From: Octopus sinensis | Taxonomy: Eukaryota | NCBI RefSeq assembly: GCF_006345805.1 | Contig: NC_042999.1 | Coordinates: forward strand, 26,660,001 to 26,724,000 | Reading direction: 5' to 3' | Length of the DNA: 64,000 nucleotides | Shown: piece after piece, positions 52,830 to 64,000 of the stretch | Layout of the letters: every line of letters starts with the position of its first letter | Numbering within the stretch: position 1 is the first letter of the stretch | Position numbers and translations under genes: made by a program | The notes under the pieces: model-generated | The model's input: the letters and a program-made list of their open reading frames with translations, nothing else | Told to the model about the DNA's origin: nothing | The model's database searches: none

Positions 52830-52879
<50 letters not shown>

Positions 52880-53773
52880 CGCACACACATATGTATATAC
52901 ACATACATATATTACATATTCATATATATGAGAAATGATAAACGCAACTTTAGCACATATTATTTGTCCACTATACATACATACATACATACATACATAC
53001 ATACATACATACATACATACATACATACATACCACACACTCATACATGAAGCGGTAGGTGGCGTATTCGGCGTGGGAGACTATTTACCGAAAATACGATG
53101 GATAATATCTCCAACATTGGAACCACAACAGTCAATCCTGTTAAATAACTGGTTAATCTTCAGATGAATTAGCTGCAGAATCTTTTTATTCTCGATCGTA
53201 GTGATTATTGACTGAAATTTGATTTTACCATGCAGGGAGTTACTAGAAACAGTATGGTTGGACACGACAACATCAAGAACACAACCGAGGAACAGAACGG
53301 GAACAACAGCTCAACATGTATGCAGATTCTTTCTAGATGTAGTTACAGAAGAAATAGTCAGTTCATAACCGAAGGTATGAATTGAGTACGGATTTATTTG
53401 TCATTTATATACTGTATATATGCGCAGATAAATATATACAACTACATGCACGGGGAAACATACATAAAACAGAAAATAAAAATCTGCAGATGCAATAATT
53501 CCAAATACTGCACATATACACCGACACATGGAAAAATACTCGGTTGATTGATGTTATTGAAACTCCGAAGAAAGCGCTTTGGATCTAGATTAGACACCGA
53601 CGCTTTCTCTATTGTCAAGGAATCTTGAAATAAAAGTGAATTACGGCTTACATATATTTATGCGTTTGTGTGTGTGTCTGTGGATGCACATGTAAATAAA
53701 AATGCATCTTATAGATATAGTAAAAAATGTGATTATATATATATAAATGTGATTATATATATATATATGTATA

Positions 53774-54458
53774 TCTCTTATTATAAAAGGCAGATTTTAT
53801 CTGCCTCCTTTTGTCTCTTATAGAAATCTACAATATAGGATTTCTTCAATTACAATTTACCTAGCATTTTTAAGAGTACAATACATCGGGTCGTGCCAGG
53901 TACAGTTTTTCAAATTCCAACCCCAATTAAGCAAAATTTCGAGAAAACTCACATTGTGGTGTGTAAGTGAAGTGCTTTTCTTAGTGTGAGCTACAGCACA
54001 TACACACACACACACAAACGGAGCGAACTGCTTCACTCATGCTATCACTCTAATTTCTCCTCCTTCCTCTTTGCAAGTGTGCAACGATTAAAGTGAAAGT
54101 ATTTATATAAAACGGATCACTCATGCTATCACCATAATTTCTCATACTTTCTCTTTGCAAATGTACCTTAAACCACTACTAAAAAAAAACACAGCAACAG
54201 AAACAAATAAATACATAACTCCTCACATAATTTCTTCAATTAGAGTTTACCTATGATTTTTCAAAGTACTTCCATTCGGTCATGGCATACAAAATTTCTT
54301 TCAATTTCACCCCCAATTAAGACAAAATTCGAGAAAACTCAATATTTTAACATTTCACTTTGAAACCTTTACTCTGCCTATTACTCCCACTTCCTCTTTA
54401 GACACATAGACACGCTAATATATACGACAGTGTTAATTGTTGACAGACATTGTAAGCT

Positions 54459-54509
<51 letters not shown>

Positions 54510-55307
54510 GTATCTGTGTGTGTGTATGTGTATGTGTGACAGGGATGACCCATTCAGACTGGTCATCCTTTTTGCTAGAAGAAGATCACCTATGCTACAC
54601 CACTGGTTTTCAGTTCATATTAATCAAATTAATATTCACAACAAGAAGGACTATTCATTATAATACATCAGTTCCACACATTTACCCTGGTTCCATTTCG
54701 GACAACTGCACAAACATTTGCCATTTGACACATGTATGTAAACAAATTCCTTTCTTAAAAATTTCAATTCATTTTCTTTTTCAATTCATACAAAGTTATT
54801 TAGGACGAATATAAGATCTAAAGTATATCCAAGTAGCAGAAAGATCGCCCAAAAGTGTATATAGATATTTAAATGTATTTATATATTCATCTATACACAC
54901 ATGTATGTATAATGTGTGTGTATATATTTCCATAGAGGTAACCATTCACTCCGCACAAAGTTTTTTAGGACGAAAATAACATCTAAAGTTATCTCTAAGA
55001 AGCAGAAAGATCGCCGAAAAGTGTATATAGATATATAAATGTATTTATATATTCATCTATGCACACATGTATGTATAACGTATGTGTATATATTTCCATA
55101 GAGGTAACCATTCACTCCATACAAAGTTTTTTAGGACGAAAATAAGATCTAAAGTTATCTCTAAGAAGCAGAAAGATCGCCCAAAACTGTATAGAGATAT
55201 TTAAATGTATTTATATATTCATCTATACACAAATGTATGTATAATGTGTGTGTATATATTTCCATAGAGGTAACCATTCACTCCATACAAAGATTTTAGG
55301 ACGAAAA
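53774..55307 (+). mobile_element. Helitron-like segment (5' TC start, internal subrepeats, no 3' end of its own)
   Basis: Starts A|TCTCTTATTATAAAAGG; duplicated blocks at 53885-53950/54275-54340 and 54030-54080/54115-54165. Confidence 0.5.
54801..55307. repeat. Tandem repeat, ~165-bp unit, three copies
   Basis: TAGGACGAA unit starts at 54801, 54966, 55132 and 55297 (periods 165, 166, 165). Confidence 0.95.
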
Positions 55308-56154
55308 TCTTTATATATAAAAGAAAGGTTGTGTGTCTGTCTACTCCGATTTAGATTCCTAACTACTCCCACATTTTGCGATGCAGTTTAACCAAAACCG
55401 AGTATCTTATAGTCGTGATTCATATCGAGCCCTTCTGGGCATTAGCGCGCGTCTACGATGAGTCTACGATTTTACAAATAATTTACTATCATTTTTTTCC
55501 CATTTTAATGCATATTTTTTAAATAAAGGGAAGTAACTCTCAAACTTCACACCAATATGCGTGCTCATATGCGACGTAATATCACATCAGCAGCATTTCC
55601 TCACACCCTCCTTGCACTTGCCAATGGCAAAATACCAGGGGATGAAAATGGTAATATTGCCATCGATTCCATTTGTACCATTGTTAAGACGCCTTCTGAT
55701 CTCAGAGATGCAGTGTTCCCAGATCTACAAGCTAATTATCAGAATATGGATTGGATTGGCCAAAAGCCTATACTGGCCCCGAGGAATAAAACTGTTCACT
55801 ATATTAATGATGAAATGCTAAAACTCATTCCTGGAGAAGTCTATGTATATCAGTCTATCGATACAACTCCTAACCCAGAGGACGTCATCAACTATCCAAT
55901 AGAGGTACTCAATTCCTTTGAGCACCCCGGTCTACCACCACACTTTCTCAAACTTAAAGTTGGTGCCCTTATAATGCTCATCAGATATTTGGTTACCCCA
56001 AAACAATGCAATGGCACACGTTTGATCGTTAAGTCCTTATCTCCCACCGTAAACTTATATCAATATTTACCTGAATAATCATCATAATTCAGTGCAATCA
56101 TTAGCAGTACTTTCAAGCAATTCAGCCCCGAGCAACGCCGGGCAATTCTGCTAG
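55308..56154 (+). mobile_element. Internally deleted Helitron
   Basis: A|TC 5' end at 55308; 3' hairpin CCCGAGCAACGCCGGG followed by CTAG|T at 56151-55. The first ~200 bp match 22244-23254. Confidence 0.9.
55557..56078 (+). CDS. Pif1-family helicase fragment from a Helitron RepHel protein
   Basis: MRAH..LLALANG..ILAPRNKTV..IN..YPIEVLNSFEHPGLPPHFLKLKVGALIMLIRYL..CNGTRLIV. Confidence 0.85.
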   Translation: MRAHMRRNITSAAFPHTLLALANGKIPGDENGNIAIDSICTIVKTPSDLRDAVFPDLQANYQNMDWIGQKPILAPRNKTVHYINDEMLKLIPGEVYVYQSIDTTPNPEDVINYPIEVLNSFEHPGLPPHFLKLKVGALIMLIRYLVTPKQCNGTRLIVKSLSPTVNLYQYLPE

Positions 56155-56260
56155 TATATATATATAATCCAAACATGAACAAAGAGAGAACTCAACAACG
56201 CGAGGACGTGGAACAAGTATAGTGTTATTGGACGCCCAGGAAAGGAAAGAAAGAAGGAAG

Positions 56261-56295
56261 ATTCAACGTTTCGAGCGGAGCTCTTCGTCAGAAAC
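56261..56295 (-). ncRNA. Minimal hammerhead motif (family D) within repeat 56160-56355
   Basis: GUUU-CUGACGA-A-GAGC-UCC-GCUC-GAAAC-GUU-GAAU. Stem III is the palindrome ACGU, so it could only form in a dimer. Confidence 0.6.
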
Positions 56296-56363
56296 ATAGA
56301 AAAAGGAAAGGTCCAAGGGAGGGAAGACGGAAAATAAAATCGCCAACGATACACTCGCGGATA

Positions 56364-57624
56364 TCAGGCCATCACATAAGTTCTGTCTGAATTGTGAATA
56401 AAGAAAACAAGTGATCAAATGTTATATTTAATTGAAATTTAATCATTAACGTACTTTCCCTGATTAACTACGACTTCCTTCCATCTATTTACAAGCTTTT
56501 TAATCCCATCAAGGTAAAACACTTAATTTCAAAGCGAAGAACTCTGAAAAATCAGTATCGAGATCTCCTTGGCTTGCATAACTCATCTCCCCAAAATGAT
56601 TCTGGAAATTACGAAAGAAATGGTAGTCTGAAATAGCAAGGTCGGGAGAATAAGGTGGATGAGAACTTTTTTCCTAACTAAGTGTTCGATCCTCTGTTAT
56701 GTGATATTTGAGGTGTGGAATGGCGCATTGTCCTATTCGATTCACTAAAGCGGGTCTTTTTTTCTTCAAAGCTAGATTCAGACGCTCTAATTGCTGACAG
56801 TAGCCTTGAGCTTTGATTGTTGCATTAGGTGGTAACAATTCAAAATGAATTACTCCTTTGCAATCCTACCAGATAGAGAGAAGAATCTTGTTCCCATGGA
56901 GATCCCTTCTCGGTTGTGGATGAGCATTTTCCCTTTCATCAAGCCACTGTATAGGACGTTTAACATTTCGATAGAAAATCGATTTTTCTTCCCTAGTCAC
57001 AATTCTATCCAAAAAGGGGGAAATGAGCTCGCGAGAATGGAGAGAAGAGCAGATGTCAACTCGATATTTGCGGGTGCTTTCGGCCAAATTCATGAAGCAC
57101 CTATTTTCCAAATTTAGAAACCTTTCCAAGTTGTTGAAGATGACAATGACCAGTTATATGGTTTGAACTAAGCTTTATTACCAATTCTTCAAATGATAAT
57201 ATATGATTTTCTTCAATTAATGCCTCAAGGAGCTTATCATCAAACTCAACAGGACCTCTTGTTCGATTTTCATCTTCAAGGCTGAAATCTCCACTTCTGA
57301 ATTGTGCAAACTATCCTCGGCTAGTTCTTTCATTCAAGCATTATTTCCTATAAACTGAGTGTATGTTTCGAGACGCTTCGGCTGCGGAGTTTCCTTTTTT
57401 GGACTCATAAAGCATTATGTGCCTCAAATGCTCTTTGGATGCTTTCATGTTCAAAAGGTTTTTAATCAAAGAAATTTTAATTCTATTATTCTGTAAAATA
57501 ATATTTAATTAATTTAAATGTACACAAATGCATAAGAATAATCTTTAATAGGTTTAGATATTCTAAAATAATATTAAATTTCATTCAACACTAAAAAATG
57601 TAAAATCGGACAGAACTGAACCTG

Positions 57625-57625
<1 letters not shown>
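56364..57625 (-). mobile_element. Full-length decayed mariner transposon
   Basis: TA-flanked TIRs TCAGG..AGTTCTGTC; PFLDRIVT.EEK.I.Y.N.KR..QWL, HPPYSPDLAISDYHFF. Confidence 0.88.
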
Positions 57626-57668
<43 letters not shown>

Positions 57669-58398
57669 ACACAAAGAGGATAATATTGAAAAATAATCTC
57701 CATCTGCTCACATTCCTTGGGAGTATCTTTGACAGCCTCTGAACTTTCTAGCCGACTCCCGTAAATAAGACGAATGAAAATCTACCGCACATATTCTGAA
57801 TTTGCTCGATTTCTGCCAAATAATAATTTCTCCAGATGATACGGTGTTCATTACCGATAAGTAAAAACACAACATTATTAGTGGTATAATTGAGCTTCAA
57901 GCTTTATACTACTGTGTCTTGGAGACTGTGCAGTATATAACTAATATCTGTCATAAGTCTGTGAAAATAATGTTTATATAATTAGATTTGTTATAAGTAA
58001 AGTTCTAAATTTTCACAAAATAACTTTCATATCTATAAAAAGTTTATTTCATAAATAAAACATCTTGTCAAAAACAATTACTAATGACAAATTCATTTTC
58101 GCATTACGCATTAGTTTTTCTCACATCTTTATTGGTTTTTTCTCAATTCCCACGAGTGTAATTCGAAATTATGTTTTTGTTTTCTATATTTAGTAAACTT
58201 AATATTTTGCACTCCATTTTATCGCTCTACCTGACTCATAGCTCGTACACATCATCGCCAAGTGTGAAACTGTTTCTGATTCCTTGAATTTACAAATTGT
58301 GAGGCCATCTCACTCTACTAATGATCAAATTAGTAGAGTTGTATAGTTTATTCAACTGTATAATATTTATATTTGAGTTTACAATATTTTCAAGGTAC

Positions 58399-58445
<47 letters not shown>

Positions 58446-58461
58446 ATATATATTATATATA

Positions 58462-58505
<44 letters not shown>

Positions 58506-59126
58506 ATATGTATATGCGTGCTTGTGTATGTGCAAATATACGTGTACGTAATCGCATAGGATTTAACATTATTCCTTGATTCCTTACGTTCTATGCAAAC
58601 ACCCATAACATTAGTATTGTATCTACCCTCCGTAATGTGCTTTACAGGCACTGTGAGACTTTTCCCATTTCCGCATACTTTTTTAAACACTATCCATCAT
58701 TATATATTCATACTGAATAAATAAACATACCATTAGTTTGAGAGAGGAAGGCTATAAATTTTATGCATACATCCTAGTGTCCTTTCAAATTTATGAAAGC
58801 TATATTTGCCTTTCATATCTATATGTAATAAACTACTTTCTAATTTTCTGAGCATTTTGAAAAAAATAATTGGTTGTTTTTACTTGCATATTATATGAGT
58901 TTAATATTTACATTGCTCTCGAATTATTAAAGAGATCGCGGGAATAATTTCACGCCAATGTTTACTGAAGTCACTGAACTTATGCAAATCGTTGCAAAAT
59001 TTAATTAGTAAATCAACAACAATTTTACCTTGATGTCTAATACCTGGCATTTAATATTCCATAAGTAAGAGAAGCACATTTTAACTGAGCATTGATAAGT
59101 AGACAAATATATCACAAATATCATAC

Positions 59127-59300
59127 TGCCGGAAATAAATATGTTCGATAATTTAGCTCCCGATATACTTGAAACCGCTCGAATGCATTTCACTTGATTG
59201 TAACGAGCATCATCCTCAACAACGCTAACAGATACAGCAGCAGCATCAACATTGTAAGACTGTAACATTATAGAAGCAACATCAAGAACATCGGTGAAAA
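59127..59300 (-). CDS. Candidate 174-nt symmetric phase-1 exon, unknown protein
   Basis: Acceptor ATTATTGCAG, donor GGCA|GTATGA; open frame FTDVLDVASIMLQSYNVDAAAVSVSVVEDDARYNQVKCIRAVSSISGAKLSNIFISG; the other two frames have stops. Confidence 0.3.
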
Positions 59301-59934
59301 CTGCAATAATATTAAAAGTAGGTACGATTCTCAGAATATACAATAACATATAGTAATACTGATATAAGTTTTATAAATAATCTTGAATTTGAGGAGGTGA
59401 TACGTAGTAATGACCTGTTAAGCCTTTCTAAACTACTGTAGAAGGTATGATTGATAATATGTTTCAGTGTCTACAGTTCAGTATCTCGTTCGGAATGGTG
59501 GATGAATGAATAACGATTTAGTTTTTTGGGGGAACGAGATATGTGTGTCTTACTGCAGCAGTTGAGTCGAGATGGTAACATTAAACCAACCCAATTTCAT
59601 TCCTGAGTAGTATCTTTAATGCTTACATTACATAGATTATACTAATAAATGCAGAATATATATGAATAAGTGTTAGTCGTTCTGCGTTTCCAGTTTTATA
59701 GTAAGCGAGAATGCTGTTGTGTGGTGTGACTGTATCATACCCGATATGTAGATAGTATTCATATATGACAAGCACATTAACCGTGGTCAAGGAGGGCAAG
59801 GTATCAGAACGAAAGTATTTATGTTGGTTCCTAGAGATCTACCCGTCAAAAATACAGGATTTGATTTATCATGGGTGCTTAATCGTCATAAACATTTTGA
59901 AAGCTTGTGTAGTTAGCATTTTAAGATATTTAGT

Positions 59935-60152
59935 CTCTTTTACTCTTTTTACTCTTTTACTTGTTTCAGTCACTTGACTGTGGCCAAGCTGGAGCACCGC
60001 CTTTAGTCGAGCAAATCGATCCCAGGATTTATTCTTTGTAAGCCTAGCACTTATTCTATCGGTCTCTTTTGCCGAACCGTTAAGTTATGGGGATGTAAAC
60101 ACACCAGCATAGGTTGTCAAGCGATGTTGGGGGGACAAACACAGACACACAA

Positions 60153-60207
<55 letters not shown>

Positions 60208-60378
60208 CATATATACGATGGGCTTCTTTCAGTTTCCGTTTATCAAATCCACTCACAAGGCTTTGGTTGGCCCGAGGCTATAGTAGAATACATTTGCCCA
60301 ATGTGCCACGTAGTAGGACTGAACCCGGAACCATGTGGTTCGTAAGCAAGCTGCTTACCGCACAGCCACTCCTACGCC
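59935..60378 (-). mobile_element. tRNA-derived CORE-like SINE
   Basis: Collinear with 37472-37894. Confidence 0.85.
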
Positions 60379-62958
60379 TACGTCGTAAAGTTATTTCGCA
60401 AGAAAGAAAATTGTTATAAAAATGTTCTGAAAGAGTTCCAAGACGATTCGTGCAAGAGTGGCAGACATTTCATTCCTATATTCTTATTAAAAAATCGTGA
60501 TACCACTTCATTCATAGTTCTATTCTTTGTATCATGATCAACTGCAGTTTATTTGGATAATATTAGATAAAGTTTATCAGAAAAGAAAGAGTGTTTCTAA
60601 TGTCAAATGAGATAGGTATGAATTACTCATGTGTGTAGGTTGAGAGTTATTATTCCAAGAAATATTCTTCTCAAAATCCTTACAAAGTCCATAGAAATCA
60701 GGTGCACCAGCATTCCACAAGAATGAAATCGCCGTCAACTAATAGTATTTCATATTTCCCCGACCCGGCTGACCATATTCAATATTAATATATAAATATG
60801 TAGCATAGTGCTCCATCCAGAGTGCAAAGAGTAAAAATACCAGGGAATAATAAAAGAATTCAGAATTAAAATATTACAAAAGTTGATGGAGACGTTTAGA
60901 AAAGTATGAAGTAGAAAAATGAATAAAGGAAACCTGAAAAATAGAAGAAATACGAAAATACTTCTGGAAATTCTATAGAGCGAAACAGATTAAGAGAAAC
61001 TATTTAAGAATGAACGGTTGGTTTGCATTGTTATTATTATTATTATTATTTTTTTTTTTTGTGAGATATTTTACATCCAGTCACAATAATATATTATGTG
61101 ATCTTAAAACTTCCCGCTGCTAAGCACTTTATATTTTTCTCTTTTTCTCTACCACTTCTACAAACTTTCCAACCGTATGATTCACATCTTAACTGTCTTC
61201 AACATTTCCCTCTTTCTCTTCAACTCCCTTTCCACTAATTACATGAGTGATAGTATAATGCATCTGCTGGCTATCTCCTCTCTCATTCACTTACATATTT
61301 TCTCTTCCTCTCTCTCACGCCACCCACTCTCCAACAAATAAATCGTAAAGTGTGAACGAACAGGTATGAGATTAATATAGATTTAGTTCAATAAAAAATC
61401 TTTTTCACTATTAACATACCACCATCATCATCATCACTATAGATTTCAGTAACAAAGCTCATTTCATTTCATTTCAGTGCAGCTGTTTGGTTATATCTAC
61501 TTTTGCTTGTCGATGTATCCCTACTTCCACAATACAAACGCTCTCCGCCCGTCTCTCTCAGTATAACTGCGTACTTTGTCCATCTATCTTTATTCGCCTT
61601 TCTTTAACCTAACCACGTAGAACGTCACCCGCTGCTAAATATTGTATCCTAAACATATCTGTTTACCTCTCCTTCTCCTCGCTACAGAACGCCGTAAAAA
61701 CTTCTCCTTCCCCCTTTTATCTCGCCGTCTCTTTCTCTCTCTTCGCCTCTCCCTTCAACTAAACACTTGACGCATATTTCTCTACTGCTTCCGCATCACT
61801 TTCTTTTTTATTCACATTCACCCCTCACTCTCTCTCACTTTTACTCTACTTCTCATTCGCTCCACCTCCACCTCGCTAGCTAACAAAATATAACGCTTGA
61901 AAGAACAAACAGACAATTATATATATTGGAAAGCGCAAATTCTGTTTACAGCACATGCTTTCCAAGTCGCTATGATGTAAAGACATCTTCATTTACGAAG
62001 TTGAAGCAGATACTAAAATCTTGCATTTGTTTCATAACATGTGATTTCTCAGAAAAATTCTGCACCTATTGGTCCCATAAATATGTACACATTTGATGTT
62101 TTGAACCTTCTCCGTTCAACTCTTTATTTGATTTCCTCTCTTACAAAGATCATATAATTATCTTGTCAACATCCAAGTTGCTACACTACACAAATTATAA
62201 ATTTATGGGACACAGGTTGAAGGATTCAAGGCAGTTGGGGGTGTGGTTTCTGCTTCATAAACATGTGATTCTTTCTCCAGGGATATACTGGAACTCCAAT
62301 TGGCGTGGATGTTGATCTGAGTAATAATTTCAGATTTTATACCCGACCACTCCATAAAATATTTAAGAATAATAATATGAATAATAGATATTAAATAATA
62401 TAAAACGTAACTCTTGTGTATCCCAAATTATTCGAAATGAAAGTCTAAAAAGTAAGTTACTAGATTGGTTGTCTGGGATAATACATAGATTGAATGAAAC
62501 AAACAACGATAAAGGTGGCTTGTTCCCGTGATGCATTCATTTCCGGTTCCCGTGAGAGTACTACATAAAGGAATAGATACACTAGTTGAACTTTCTGACA
62601 TATATTTGTAGTACATAGGTATTACCAAACGCGGATTTTACATTATTTGCAAGATGTAGCTATGTCTACTTTTCGCCGAGGAAAGAAGAGATAAGATAAC
62701 ATTCGTTTTATCTTCGTCTCTAATTTTATTTCATTATTTTTTTCTCATTATTATTTCATGTTTATTTCGTATTTGTTTATTCGCAATTCTTTATTCGCTA
62801 TTCGTAACTTTTATTCGTAATTTTTACTCGTTTTTTTTCTCTTTAAAATAATTTTTCCTTAAATGTTTTTTTTCTTTAAATGTTTATTCCTTAAATTTTA
62901 ATATATATATATATATGTATGTAAGTATATAATGCCCCAGCATTATATATATATATAT

Positions 62959-63000
<42 letters not shown>

Positions 63001-63134
63001 GCAAATGCACAGATGGAGAATTAAGTGCGCATTGCTGAATATGATACTGAGAAGCTATTTAATTTATTAAAGGATTTGTAAAATATTCTAAAGAAATATA
63101 AGTGTATTAATTAGTTAATGAATATATATATATA

Positions 63135-64000
63135 TCGTGTCATCCCATAAAGAATGCGATTTTTTCAATTGCATGAAATAATAGTTGATGGGGGACAGGA
63201 TAAACTACGTACATTAACTTGCTATGAACGAAGGTAATAATTTTACCTTGTACTTATTCTTGGTGCAACTTTTGTTGAAGAGTGCAGTTCGATTTTAACA
63301 GTTATTCTTTCGAACGTATAATGGAAATAACAAAGGAGCATAAGCGGCATATTTTGCTTTATGAGTTCCAGAAATGCAACAAAACAACGGAAGGTGTGAG
63401 GAATGCTAATCCACAATAAGTGTAAGAAAGTGTCAACGATGTTTGAAGGAATTTCGAGCCAGAAACTACAGCCTAGAAGACGGCCCTCGTTCTGGAAGAT
63501 CTGTAGAACATGACGAAGACGTCCTGCAAACCCTGGTGGAACAAAATCCCATCATAACTGTTGAGGAACTAGCAGAAAAGCTTGGATTTTCTCATTCAAT
63601 CATTCATCGACTCCTGCGTGCCATTTGAAAATTCAGCAAATTAGGTCAATGAATTCCTCACAAACTTTCCGAGTCTAATCATGCGCAGAGAGTTAATGTG
63701 TGCTCTTCTTTGCTGTCACGTCACACAAATAAACCTTTCTTGGGTGGAATAGTGACTGGTTACGAGCAATGAGTTCTCTATCAAAATAGCAAGCGCCGAA
63801 GACAGTGGGTAGGGAAAGGAGAATCACTGAAACCCTAGGCTAAAGAAGGTCATCACCCACGTAAGGTGTTGTTATCTGTTCGGTGTGATACATCCACTGA
63901 ACTTTTAAACCAAAAACCAATAATAAAGGACATCTACTGCGAACAACTTGAGCGGGTTACGTCAGCGCTAGACGAAATATGACCATCTTTGTTTTCAAGA
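63135..64000 (+). mobile_element. Decayed mariner, truncated by the window end
   Basis: MEITKEHKRHILLYEF, SLEDGPRSGRSVEHDEDVL..TVEELAEKLG, IVTG, HPRKVLLSV. Confidence 0.9.

Noticed and set aside
54801-55307. CRISPR-like array
   Set aside because: The whole unit repeats with no unique spacers, and the context is eukaryotic.

Overview
AT-rich eukaryotic DNA dense in microsatellites and transposons, with one 100-N assembly gap. The SINE and repeat families look like those of an octopus genome; this is inferred from recalled families, not from a search. No complete host gene can be supported, only a few low-confidence candidate exons. Most long ORFs in the track are microsatellite artefacts or transposon fragments. 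Recognisable content: five mariner remnants, two Tc1 and two maT/DD37D-like remnants, three Penelope-like (PLE) fragments, RTE, Tx1, HERO and R4/Dong LINE pieces, tRNA-derived SINEs, a hAT MITE with an 8-bp target-site duplication (TSD), and Helitrons (one tandem pair and one carrying a Pif1 fragment). The most striking signal is a set of type-I hammerhead ribozyme (HHR) motifs from at least four unrelated repeat families. Several sit in or beside long inverted repeats, including a 328-bp spacerless palindrome at 48881-49208 with a complete HHR on each strand. A (TAA)n cluster at about 39.8-43.9 kb collects R4/Dong fragments and a ~500-bp non-coding element.
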